A stretch of 61,130 nt of DNA, taken from positions 1 through 61,130 of the forward strand of contig CAMIVO010000003.1 of NCBI GenBank assembly GCA_946401865.1, read 5' to 3'. A program made the translations under genes and the position numbers. Below are positions 16,903 to 27,412 of this stretch, piece by piece. The notes under the pieces were generated by a model that saw nothing but the letters and a program-made list of their open reading frames with translations, had not been told where the DNA came from and made no database searches. Source of the stretch: an uncultured Clostridia bacterium (GTDB taxonomy: Bacteria > Bacillota > Clostridia > TANB77 > CAG-508). The first letter of the stretch is position 1. Every line of letters begins with the position of its first letter.

Positions 16903-18768
16903 ATGAAAATACAAAGTTTAGCAATAATATTTATAATAATAATTATGCCAATAACAATTGTTTTATCAGAGTATATTAACAACAAAATAACAACAGCAAC
17001 AACAGAACTGGAATATAATACAAGACTCTTAAATTCAACTTATGATTCTATAAAGGCATATCAGCTAAATACTGTAAATAATGCGTTTGGAGATGTTACA
17101 AATTCTAAAATCTCAGACATAGAAGCAGCAGTTACTACATTTTATAATTCTCTTGCAAATAATTTTAATTTTACTGGATACAAAGCAACTGTTATGAAAG
17201 AATATGTTCCAGCTGTTGCGTTTACTTTATATGATGGATATTATATTTATTCACCTTTTAAAAATACTTTGACAGGTGTAGAAGAGAGCAAAGTTGATAA
17301 AAATTATAGTAAACCAGATGCTATAACAAATGGACTAAAACCGTATATTTATTACAGTGCAAGATATGTATATGATACTTCAGATTTTGTTATAAATTAT
17401 ACATTAGATAATTATATTACTTTAATAGGTATTATTAATAATAATTATGTATATGATAGTGGATTTTTATACTCTATTGCAGATACTAGAGATGAATCTA
17501 ATAAAGGAAATGGAATTTATTATGATTCATTAGACAATTCTTACTGGTTTGATGGTATTAAATTTACAGCTGGCGATACAGAAGAACTAAAAGAGTATAT
17601 TGGTGAAAAGGAATATAGTTATGCTAGAATTAATGGACAAAAATATTATTTAGAAGAAAATGAAGTTGAAGAAGAAACTATAAACTATAATGGACAAAAT
17701 TTTAGTATTAATAAAAAAGCAAAATTTTTCTTTATAGATAATAAAGGTGCAAAAAATTACAGTAATGTTGATGCTTATAATGCTACAAATAGTAATTTTA
17801 TAAAATATTATTTTGCAATAAAGAAAAATAAAAGTGCATATATTTATTATAAAAAAGCATATGAATTTTCTAGCATGATTTTGGGAAAAAAGATAGATAA
17901 TTATTATGATAAGACTAAAGCAAAGCAAGATAAAGCTTATAGTTTAAATAATTTAAACACATCAAAGGCTATATATTATGGTAATGATGAAAGTTCGTTA
18001 AAAAAATCAGGTATCACTCCTCTTTCTGAATATGGAGATTTCAAAATTTTTGAAGGAAATATACACTCAGCAAATTCTAATTTTAACAAACATAGAAAAG
18101 AAATCATAAGATATGTAATAGAAACAAATATGGCTCCTGCAATTTCTGGATTTTCATCAGATGCAAACATTGAGTTTGTAATGCCAAAAATTTCTGAAAC
18201 AGATTGGGAAACAATTCAAAATGACATATGTGAAATAACATTTTTACAAGGTTTAAATATGGGTTCTAAAAAATACAATGGGTATTCTGTTGTTGCAAAT
18301 ATGCTTACAAAAGAATATGTTGATGAGGATGATATTTATATTTTAAAAGGTGATAATACATATTGCAAAGCAAATGATAGTACACTTAATGAAACAAATA
18401 TAAAAAATACAAAAGGAGTAAATAATGGATATTATCCAGGAATATGGAAAATAAATTTTGAAAGAAAAAGAGATATAAGTGGAGATAAAGAAAAGTTTTA
18501 TTTTCCTATGAGTTTTAAAAATGGTGAAAAGATAGAAAGCTATTTAGGTAGTTATACAAGTATAATGGGAAGCTCGGGAGTTAATGAGATTGGAACATCA
18601 GATGTTCCTGATATGTACTCATATATGCACCACAATAAGGAGCATTTATTAAAAGAGATTTATTACAAGGCATTAGGGAGAGAAAGATGGTGTTCATTCA
18701 ATATAAATAATATTAATTATGAAATATATGGAAATAATGCAAATAACTTTTTCTTAGAAGATTATTAA
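16903..18768 (+). CDS. Large pilus-associated protein (TadG-like / tip-adhesin candidate) with an N-terminal TM
   Basis: 621 aa, N-terminus LAIIFIIIIMPITIVLSEY, Tyr/Asn-rich extracellular region. Last gene of the cluster, followed by a terminator. Confidence 0.4.
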   Translation: MKIQSLAIIFIIIIMPITIVLSEYINNKITTATTELEYNTRLLNSTYDSIKAYQLNTVNNAFGDVTNSKISDIEAAVTTFYNSLANNFNFTGYKATVMKEYVPAVAFTLYDGYYIYSPFKNTLTGVEESKVDKNYSKPDAITNGLKPYIYYSARYVYDTSDFVINYTLDNYITLIGIINNNYVYDSGFLYSIADTRDESNKGNGIYYDSLDNSYWFDGIKFTAGDTEELKEYIGEKEYSYARINGQKYYLEENEVEEETINYNGQNFSINKKAKFFFIDNKGAKNYSNVDAYNATNSNFIKYYFAIKKNKSAYIYYKKAYEFSSMILGKKIDNYYDKTKAKQDKAYSLNNLNTSKAIYYGNDESSLKKSGITPLSEYGDFKIFEGNIHSANSNFNKHRKEIIRYVIETNMAPAISGFSSDANIEFVMPKISETDWETIQNDICEITFLQGLNMGSKKYNGYSVVANMLTKEYVDEDDIYILKGDNTYCKANDSTLNETNIKNTKGVNNGYYPGIWKINFERKRDISGDKEKFYFPMSFKNGEKIESYLGSYTSIMGSSGVNEIGTSDVPDMYSYMHHNKEHLLKEIYYKALGRERWCSFNINNINYEIYGNNANNFFLEDY

Positions 18769-18795
18769 AAGCAAGAATATCTCTTGCTTTTTATT
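18769..18795 (+). terminator. Rho-independent terminator ending the pilus cluster
   Basis: Stem agcaaga / tcttgct followed by a T-run. Confidence 0.7.
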
Positions 18796-18864
18796 TTCGC
18801 TTTATTTCTCTTGATATTTTTTACTTCTTGTAGTACAATTTGAAAATAGAAGAGAGGAAAATTA

Positions 18865-20569
18865 ATGATAAAAAAATGGCAATATTATAATAAAAAAGAA
18901 AACGAAAAAGAACAAGAAGAATTAGGAAAGAAGTTTAAAATAAGTAAATTAGTTTCAAGTATTATATTAAACAGAGGAATATCTCAAGAAAATGCTAAAG
19001 TTTTTTTAAATCCTACAAGATATGATTTTTACAATCCATTTGAAATGCCAGATATGGACAAAGCAGTTCAAAGAATTTTAAAAGCAATAGAAAATAACGA
19101 AAAAACAATAATATATGGAGATTATGATGTAGATGGTATTACAAGTACAACAATATTAAAAAGTTTTTTAAAAGAAAGAAGTTTAGAATGTGATTATTAT
19201 ATTCCAAATAGACTAAAAGAAGGCTATGGACTAAACAAAAATGCCATTGAAAAAATTGCAAAAGAAGGATATACACTTATTATTACTGTAGATTGTGGAA
19301 TAACAGGAAATGAAGAAATAGATTTAGCAAAAAATATGGGAATAGATGTAATTGTTACAGATCATCATGAACCTGCAGAAGAACTACCTAAAACAGCTAT
19401 TGCTATTATAGATTGTAAAAGAAAAGACAATTTATATCCATTTAGAGAGCTATGTGGAGCAGGAGTTGCATTTAAACTTTGTCAAGCAATAAGTCAAAAA
19501 CTAAATTTAGATGAAAAAGAGTATCTAAAATATATAGATATAGCATGTATTGGAACAATTTCTGACATAGTTCCATTAGTAGATGAAAATAGAGTTATTA
19601 CAAAATTAGGATTAAAACTTGTAAAATGTACAAAAAATTTAGGACTAAAAGTGTTATTAAACTCAATAGGTTATAATAAAATAGATTCAACATCTATTGC
19701 ATTTGGAGTTGCACCTAGAATAAATGCTTGTGGAAGAATGGGAGATGCAGAAGTTGCAATTAAATTGTTTTTATGTAATAATCTAGAAGAAGCAGATATA
19801 TTAGTAAGTAAAATGCAGGCATATAATTTAAAAAGACAAAATGAAGAAAAAAAAATATATGATGATGCAATTAAACAAATAGAATTAAACTCTCTAGAAA
19901 ATGAAGATGCTTTTATATTAGATGGTCAAAACTGGCATACAGGAGTTATAGGAATAGTATCATCTAAAATAACAGAAAAGTATTACAAACCATCAATTTT
20001 AATAGGTTTTAATGAAAACGAACAAGTTGGAAAAGGTTCGCGGAAGGAGTATTAAAGGTTTTGATTTACACGAGGCTTTAATGAAATGTAAAGAATTTTT
20101 AAGTGGCTTTGGTGGACATACTATGGCTGTTGGAGTTTCAGTGAAGCATGATAATTTATTAGCATTTAAAAAGAAATTTTTAGAGATGGCTAAAAACTCA
20201 AATATTTCTAAATTGGAGCCTGTTCTTAATATAGATAAACTTATATCTATAGATGAGATAAATAAGCAAATTGTAGAAGAATTAAGTCTTCTTGAACCAT
20301 ATGGAGAGGCAAACGAAATGCCAGTTTTTGCATTTAAAGAATTAAAAATAGATTCTATAAAAAGTCTATCAGAAGGAAAACATTTGAAATTAACATTAAA
20401 AAGTGATAAAAATACTTATATAAATGCAATAGGGTTTAATTTAGGGGAATACGTAAATGATTATAAAATAGGAGATAGAGTAGATATTGCAGGAAATTTA
20501 GAAATAAATTCTTTTAACGGAGTTGATTCTATACAAATAAATATAAAAGATATAATGAAAAGTGTATAG
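18865..20569 (+). CDS. recJ: Single-stranded-DNA-specific exonuclease RecJ; needs a +1 shift at in-frame CGG (C20041)
   Basis: DHH motifs are GDYDVDGITS and VIVTDHH. ORF 18865..20055 ends ...GKGS-RKEY*. Skipping C20041 gives GKGSGRSIKGFDLHEAL, the conserved RecJ GSGRSI motif, and joins ORF 20012..20569. Confidence 0.9.
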
Positions 20570-20580
20570 GGGGAAAAATT

Positions 20581-22785
20581 ATGTCTGAACAAAGTAATTT
20601 AACAATTGAAGATGTAATAGCAAAGAAAAAAGAAGTATCACGAAAAGTTGATACAAAGCTAATTATGAAGGCATATAATTATGCAAGTGAAAAACATAAA
20701 AATCAAAAAAGAGGATCAGGAGAACCTTATATTATTCACCCAATAAATGTAGCTTATATTTTAGCTGAAATAGGTTTGGACGAAGCTACTATTTCTGCTG
20801 CACTTTTACATGATGTTGTTGAAGATACTGACGCTAAACACGAGGATTTAGTTCAAATTTTTGGACAAGAAATAGCTGATATGGTAAAAGGTGTTACAAA
20901 GCTTGGAAATCTTCAATTTGCAACAATCGAGGAAACTCAAGTAGAAAACTATAGAAGAATGTTTCTAGCAATGGGAAAGGACATCAGAGTTATTTTAATT
21001 AAACTTGCAGACAGACTTCATAATATGAGAACTCTAAAATATTTAAAAAGGGAAAGACAAATTGCAAATGCAAAAGAAACTTTAGAATTATATGCTCCAC
21101 TTGCAAATAGACTTGGTTTATATTCAATAAAAGCAGAACTTGAAGATTTAGGATTTAAATACTTATATCCAGAAGAATATCATGAACTAGTTGAAAGTAT
21201 TAACAAGAAAAAAGATGAAAGACTTAAATTCATAGAAAAAATAATGGATGATATTAGAGTTCAACTAAAAAAACAACGAATAGATGCAGATGTTACAGGT
21301 CGTGCTAAACATTTATATTCTATATATAGAAAAATGAAAAGAGACAATTCAACAATAGACCAAATATATGACTTATTTGCTATGAGAATTATTGTAAATT
21401 CTGTAAAAGATTGTTATTCTGCCTTAGGTGTAGTTCATGAAATGTATAGTCCTATGCCAGGAAGATTTAAAGATTATATTGCAGTGCCAAAACCAAATAT
21501 GTATCAATCAATTCATACCACTTTACTTGGTGAAAAAGGAACTCCTTTTGAGGTACAAATTAGAACTTGGGACATGCATAGAATTGCAGAATATGGTATC
21601 GCTGCACATTGGGCATATAAAGAAGCTAATTTCTTAGGAAGAGGAAAGAAAAATGTAATAGTTACAGAAGACAAGCTTGCTTGGTTACGTGAATCTTTAG
21701 AATGGCAACAAGAAATGCAAGACCCTGAACAATTTTTAGAGAACCTTAAAACAGAGCTTTTTGAAGATGAAGTTTATGTGTTTACTCCAAAAGGTGCAAT
21801 AAAAGTTTTACCAAAAGGAGCAACTCCTATAGATTTTGCATATACTATTCATGCAGAAATAGGAAATCATATGACAGGGTGTAAAATTAATAGTAAAATG
21901 ATGCCTATTATTACTCCATTAAACAGTGGAGATATAGTAGAAATAATTACTTCGGAAAATTCAAAAGGACCAAGTTTAGACTGGCTTAAATTTGTAAAAA
22001 GTACATCAGCAAGAAACAAAATTAATAGTTGGTTTAAAAAGGAAAACAAGGTTGAAAATATTGAAAAAGGTAAAGAACTTATAGAAAAAGAAATAAAAAG
22101 AGTGGGAATACCTTATGAAAAGCTATTTAAAACAGAATATATAGATGCAATGCTAACAAGATATAAATATAAAGACCTTGATGAAATGTATTTAGCTGTT
22201 GGCTTTGGCGCAAATACGGCAACAAAAGTAATTGCAAGAATGCTTATTGAATACAGAAAAGATAATCCAGAAGAAGATTTAGAAGAAAAATTAGAAGAAC
22301 TTTCAAAAGAAAGAAGTCAAAAGAAAAATAAATCATCAAGTAATGGAATAATTGTTAAAGGAATAGATAATTGTTTAGTTAAGCTTTCAAAATGTTGTAA
22401 TCCACTTCCAGGAGATGAAATTATAGGTTATATTACAAAAGGAAGAGGAGTTTCTGTTCACAGAAAAGATTGTGTAAATGTTAAAGAGCTAATTAAAGAA
22501 GAAAATAGGATAATTGAGGTATACTGGGAAGATGAAGAAAAGGCTTCATATAATGTAGATATAGAAATTGAGGCAAATGATAGAGTTGGCTTACTTTCAG
22601 ATATCTTAAAAACAATATCAAATTCTAAAATAAATATTTTGGCTGTTAATACAAAAACAGGAAAAGATAGAATTGCAAATATTTATATAACACTAGAGAC
22701 AAAAAATCTTGACGAACTTAATAATGTATTTAAGGGGATTAGGAAGGTTGATAGTGTATTTGAAGTTAGAAGAAAAATGGATTGA
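20581..22785 (+). CDS. relA: Bifunctional (p)ppGpp synthetase/hydrolase (RelA/SpoT family)
   Basis: 734 aa. HD hydrolase domain (HPINVAYILAE..LLHDVVEDT), RelA_SpoT synthetase domain (YRSIHTT-like QSIHTTL), and TGS and ACT domains. Confidence 0.95.
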   Translation: MSEQSNLTIEDVIAKKKEVSRKVDTKLIMKAYNYASEKHKNQKRGSGEPYIIHPINVAYILAEIGLDEATISAALLHDVVEDTDAKHEDLVQIFGQEIADMVKGVTKLGNLQFATIEETQVENYRRMFLAMGKDIRVILIKLADRLHNMRTLKYLKRERQIANAKETLELYAPLANRLGLYSIKAELEDLGFKYLYPEEYHELVESINKKKDERLKFIEKIMDDIRVQLKKQRIDADVTGRAKHLYSIYRKMKRDNSTIDQIYDLFAMRIIVNSVKDCYSALGVVHEMYSPMPGRFKDYIAVPKPNMYQSIHTTLLGEKGTPFEVQIRTWDMHRIAEYGIAAHWAYKEANFLGRGKKNVIVTEDKLAWLRESLEWQQEMQDPEQFLENLKTELFEDEVYVFTPKGAIKVLPKGATPIDFAYTIHAEIGNHMTGCKINSKMMPIITPLNSGDIVEIITSENSKGPSLDWLKFVKSTSARNKINSWFKKENKVENIEKGKELIEKEIKRVGIPYEKLFKTEYIDAMLTRYKYKDLDEMYLAVGFGANTATKVIARMLIEYRKDNPEEDLEEKLEELSKERSQKKNKSSSNGIIVKGIDNCLVKLSKCCNPLPGDEIIGYITKGRGVSVHRKDCVNVKELIKEENRIIEVYWEDEEKASYNVDIEIEANDRVGLLSDILKTISNSKINILAVNTKTGKDRIANIYITLETKNLDELNNVFKGIRKVDSVFEVRRKMD

Positions 22786-22868
22786 TACAAATTTGCCTAG
22801 CAATACTTGTTTTTGATTGGTTTAAAATTATAATAATAGAAAATATAACTAGAAAAGAGGTTATAATA

Positions 22869-23520
22869 ATGATACTAAAGAGATTAAAAATTTCCACCTG
22901 GATTGGAGATGATACAAATTGTTATATAGTTTTTGATCAAGAATCAAAAGAAACAATGGTAATAGACCCTGCTGGAGATGTAGACAGAATTGTAGAAATG
23001 ATAAATATTTTAAAAGGTAATCTTAAGTACATATTTTTAACTCATTGTCATGGTGACCATATAGGTGGAGTTACAGAATTAAAAAATAGAATGGGAGGAA
23101 AAGTTTTAATTCATAGAGCAGATGCAGAAGGATTAAATAATCCTAAAATTAATTTAACAGAATTTATGGAGGGCTTTCCAGAAATAGAATTAGAAGCGGA
23201 TTCTAGAATAGATGACGGAGATTTACTTCATATTGGAGAATTAGAGTTTAAAGTAATTCATACACCAGGACATACAATAGGAGGAGCATCACTATACCAA
23301 AAAGAACAAAAACTTCTATTCTCAGGAGATACTCTTTTTAGAGGTACTTGGGGAAGAACCGATTTACCTACATCAGATTTTAAACAGATAATTGATTCTA
23401 TAACAAATAAACTTATGGTTTTACCAGAAGATACAATTGTTTATCCAGGACATCGGAAAATCTACAATGATTGTCAACGAAAAGCCAATCTATTTAGAGC
23501 TAAAACCAAGAAAAATATAG
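22869..23520 (+). CDS. MBL-fold metallo-hydrolase; C-terminus needs a +1 shift at in-frame CGG (C23454)
   Basis: HxHxDH motif is THCHGDHIGG. The zero frame reads YPGH-RKIYNDC.... The +1 frame restores YPGHGKSTMIVNEKPIYL, matching the conserved PGHG..T....EK C-terminus. ATG 22869 follows an RBS. Confidence 0.8.
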
Positions 23521-23568
23521 CATAATAATAAAAAAATTGAATATATATTAATATAGGGAGTAAGATAT

Positions 23569-24759
23569 ATGTTCAATTTTACAATAATAAAACTAAAAGA
23601 CATAATTAAAATTGGAGTTATCTTAATTTTAATATATGTCTTTTCTAATTTTGTTTTTAAAATTTTTAAAGATAAAAAGTCATTAAATAATTTTTCAAAT
23701 AATAATTCTATAACTTTTTTAAAAAGAAGCATAGAAAAAGAAAGTAGTATTATCCATAATACCTTAAAAGTTAAAAACACTAATGTACAAGCTGAAAACT
23801 CACAAGAAAAAGGAAATAAATTATTAGATATTAATTCAGTTTTAACCATTGGAGCCAATATATTTTCTTTAAAACAAAATGAAAGCAACGAGCAAGTAGA
23901 AAAGGATAATAAGGAACGGTACTGAAGAAACTGGTACAAATGTACCTGAAGAAGAAAACAGAACGAACCGGAACAGAAAAGATTGCTAATGTCTCATTAC
24001 CAACAGAAGTTGTAACGGAAAATCCTTTGCAAGATAGATATGATAGAGATTATAATGGTGTTAAGATAAAAAATGAAACAGATTTTGAACTTACAGATGA
24101 TATTTTAAATCCAGAAAATTTAAATATAAATACCAGTAATATTTTGATTTTTCATACACATACATGTGAAAGTTATACTCAAAGTGAATTATATTCTTAT
24201 GAAGAAACACGGAACATATAGAACAACAGATTTGAATTATTCTGTTGCTAGAGTAGGTGACGAACTACAAAAATTTTTGACAGATTTTGGATTCAATGTA
24301 AATCATAATAAGACATATCATGATTATCCAGCATATACTGGTTCATATACAAGATCTTTAGCTACTGTTCAAGGAGAATTAAATAGTTTTAATTCAGATA
24401 TAATAATAGATTTACATAGAGATGCTATAGGTAGCAAAGAAACATATGCTCCAATGGTTAAAATAGGAGATGATTATTGTGCACAGTTGATGTTTGTTAT
24501 GGGGACAAACGGAGGAGGACTTAATCATCCAAATTGGGAAAATAATCTAAAATTTGCAGTAAAAATTCAGGAAAAAGCAAATAAAATTTATCCAGGACTA
24601 TTTAAACCTATGATACTTAGAAATTCAAGATATAATCAACATTTAGGAAAAGCCGCTTGTATAATTGAAGTTGGTGCTACAGGAAATACTTTAGATCAAG
24701 CAATTAATAGTATGAAATATTTAGCAAATGTATTTAATGAAGTAAAAAATGAAGTGTAA
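23569..24759 (+). CDS. spoIIP: Stage II sporulation protein P (SpoIIP amidase family); three +1 shifts at in-frame CGG (C23917, C23969, C24210)
   Basis: N-terminal TM; motifs ILIFHTHTCESYT and DLHRDA..; C-terminal IIEVGATGNTLDQA. Three ORF fragments (23569..23925, 23940..24221, 24166..24759) are joined by skipping one C before GGT/GGA each time. Confidence 0.85.
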
Positions 24760-24851
24760 GAGATAAGAGGTAGGAGGTAAGAATTAAAGAATATAAATAT
24801 ATCAAAATGGTTAAAATAGATAATATAAACTAATTAGAAAGGTGTGAGCAT

Positions 24852-25957
24852 ATGTCAAAAGAACTTACATATTGGACAAGTATTTTTAAAAAAGTCATAA
24901 TAGTTTTATTTTTAATAATATCTGCTTGGGTATCAATAAAATTGGCATTTTTTTACATGCCTTTTTTGATAGCTTTTTTGATTTCTTTACTAATAGAGCC
25001 ATTAATAAAAAAATTAATGAAGAAGTTTAAATTAACTAGAAGAACAAGTTCAATTATTGTATTTACAATAACTTTTGGAATTATTATAGGTATTTTAATA
25101 TGGTTAATTGTAACTGTAATATCTGAAGCATCTAATTTATTATCAAATTTTAATTATTATTATGAACAAGCAAATAATCTTGTACAAAATATTTTATCAA
25201 AATTTAATGAAGGAAAAATAAACTTACCAGAAAATTTGATGAACTTGCTTAAAGATAATGCTTTTAATTTATTAGAAAAATTCTCTGAATATTTACAACA
25301 TTTTTTAACTAAAACATTAGCTGGATTTACAAAAATCCCTGTAATAGCAATATATGTTGGTGTTTCGGTTTTGGCTTTGTATTTTTTCTGTACAGATAAA
25401 ATATATATGCTAGATGAATTAGAACATCATTTACCAGAAAAATGGATGAAGCATTTAACACAACATATTAGAGAAATTGTAAAAGTATTAGGAGGATATT
25501 TAAAAGCTCAGTTTACCTTGATTTTTATATCTTTTGTTATATGCTTAATTGGTTTATATGTTCTTCATTTTATAGGATTAAATGTAGGTTTTCCTTTGAT
25601 TATGGCAATATTAGTGGGATTTGTTGATGCTTTGCCTATTTTAGGAACAGGAACAATAATGATTCCATGGGGAATTTTATCAAGTCTAAGTGGAGATATA
25701 AGATTAGGCATAGCTATTATAGTTTTATGGATTATAATGAGCTTAGTAAGGCAATTTTTAGAACCTAAAATTGTAAGTCGGAAATATAGGAATTCATCCA
25801 ATATTTACAATTATTTCAATGTATACAGGTTTTAAGTTTTTAGGTGTAATACGGAATGTTTGTAGGTCCTATTATTTTAATAATTTTGAAAAATATATTT
25901 TCAAATTTTTTAGACAATGGAATTGTAAAATCTATGCTTGACTTTTATAAAAAATAA
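24852..25957 (+). CDS. ytvI: Sporulation integral membrane protein YtvI (AI-2E transporter family); two +1 shifts at in-frame CGG (C25779, C25852)
   Basis: Polytopic membrane protein. After EPKIVS the +1 frame gives GNIGIHPIFTIISMYTGFKFLGVI. A second +1 shift gives GMFVGPIILIILKNIF...DFYKK*, the typical conserved AI-2E C-terminus. Confidence 0.8.
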
Positions 25958-26083
25958 TTGTATAATCACCTCAGATTTATTTAATATTATTTTCATTCAA
26001 TAGTTTTAATTTTGAATCTTTTGAAAATAGTTAAATCATTATTTTTTTTTCTATATTCTTTAGGAAAGTGAGGTGAGATTATT

Positions 26084-26488
26084 ATGACAGAAAAGATGGA
26101 AGAACTAATTTTTGAGCAATTGTTTAAAATTAATGAAGAATTAAAGAGTTGCGTAAAAAAAGATGATCTAAAGCATTTTGCAACAAAAGATGATTTAAAG
26201 AATTTTGCAACAAAAGACGATCTAAAGGATTTTGCAACAAAAGATGATCTAAAAGCAATGGAAGAAAGATTAGACAAAAAAATTGATGCAAAATTTGCAG
26301 AGCAGGATAAAAGAATTGATGCAAAATTTGCTGAACAAGATAAAAAAATTGATGCAAAATTTGCAGAACAAGCAATCGAAATTTCCGAAGAATTTAGAAT
26401 GGCTTTTGAATCTGCAGATAGAATCCATAGCAAAATGCTAGCTGGAGTTAATAAAAGAAATAACAAAAAAATATCACAAGTGGTATAA
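26084..26488 (+). CDS. Small coiled-coil protein with two blocks of 11-aa tandem repeats
   Basis: KDDLK(H/N/D)FAT occurs about 3.5 times and IDAKFAEQDK(R/K) 3 times, corresponding to 33-nt DNA repeats. RBS gaaagtgaggtg. Confidence 0.6.
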   Translation: MTEKMEELIFEQLFKINEELKSCVKKDDLKHFATKDDLKNFATKDDLKDFATKDDLKAMEERLDKKIDAKFAEQDKRIDAKFAEQDKKIDAKFAEQAIEISEEFRMAFESADRIHSKMLAGVNKRNNKKISQVV

Positions 26489-26637
26489 CCAGAATTGAGA
26501 GATGAGAATTAATAAGAAAGAAGTAGAATCTTCATATTTTAAAATCTTATCTCTCATATTTTATTTCCAATTTTCTATCTCAAATATTAATTAATTTAAT
26601 TCCCTAAATTCAATAATACATAAATTAAGAATAATTC

Positions 26638-27201
26638 CTATAATAGAAAACTTGTTGGAACATATGTATCATCTGGCAAAGAAACATACTTATTTTCAGG
26701 CTCTTGACATTTGAAAATATTAGTAACTTCAATTATTGCAATTTCTCCATAATAATCACTTTTTTGAATAGTACCTGTTACATCAACCCACTCACCATCT
26801 TTAAAATCATCAGCTTTTTTATATTCACATAAAAAACCAACGACTAGGCTCTGCAATGGGTTTTGATTTACAATCATATCACGAGCAAGAACAAATTGTG
26901 TTGGACTAAAATCTAGTAATCTATAAACATATCCTGTAAAATGAACTTTACATCCAATATAATTATCTAAATTATCTGTAACAGCTTTTAAAATATTAGT
27001 ATAATTATGTGGTGATATTTCAAATATTTTATCTGTATTAATTGTATCACTTAAAGTAAATGAGTTTTCCTCATTTTTTTCATATTTTTTAAAAAAGATA
27101 TTATAAAATCCTAAAAAAAATATTAATAAAATTATTATTAATATTAAGATAAATAGATATTTTACAAACTTTTTTCCATTTATTTTTAAATTAAGAAACA
27201 T
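26638..27201 (-). CDS. Membrane-anchored hypothetical protein (possibly DUF1980/TIGR03943-like C-terminal domain)
   Basis: 187 aa with an N-terminal TM (YLFILILIIILLIFFLGF). The function is not recognised with confidence. Confidence 0.35.
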   Translation of the reverse strand: MFLNLKINGKKFVKYLFILILIIILLIFFLGFYNIFFKKYEKNEENSFTLSDTINTDKIFEISPHNYTNILKAVTDNLDNYIGCKVHFTGYVYRLLDFSPTQFVLARDMIVNQNPLQSLVVGFLCEYKKADDFKDGEWVDVTGTIQKSDYYGEIAIIEVTNIFKCQEPENKYVSLPDDTYVPTSFLL

Positions 27202-27412
27202 ATAATAACTCCTTTTTTTATTAATGAGAAGCTTACATTATGCATCTCATTGTTTATATATAATTTTTTTTATTAATAATAAATAACAAGTAATTATTAT
27301 TTTATTAAAAACTTATGTTATTTTTTTAATAAATATTACAAAAAAACTTGATAAAATTTTGTTTTAGTGTTATATTAAACAAGTATAATTATGAGAAAGG
27401 ATGAAACCCAAT

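Noticed and set aside
25993-26466. 157-aa and 81-aa minus-strand ORFs overlapping the coiled-coil repeat gene
   Set aside because: They are antisense shadows generated by the 33-nt repeats. Their sequence is low-complexity (SCSANFASI repeats), they have no RBS, and the plus-strand ORF has a strong RBS.
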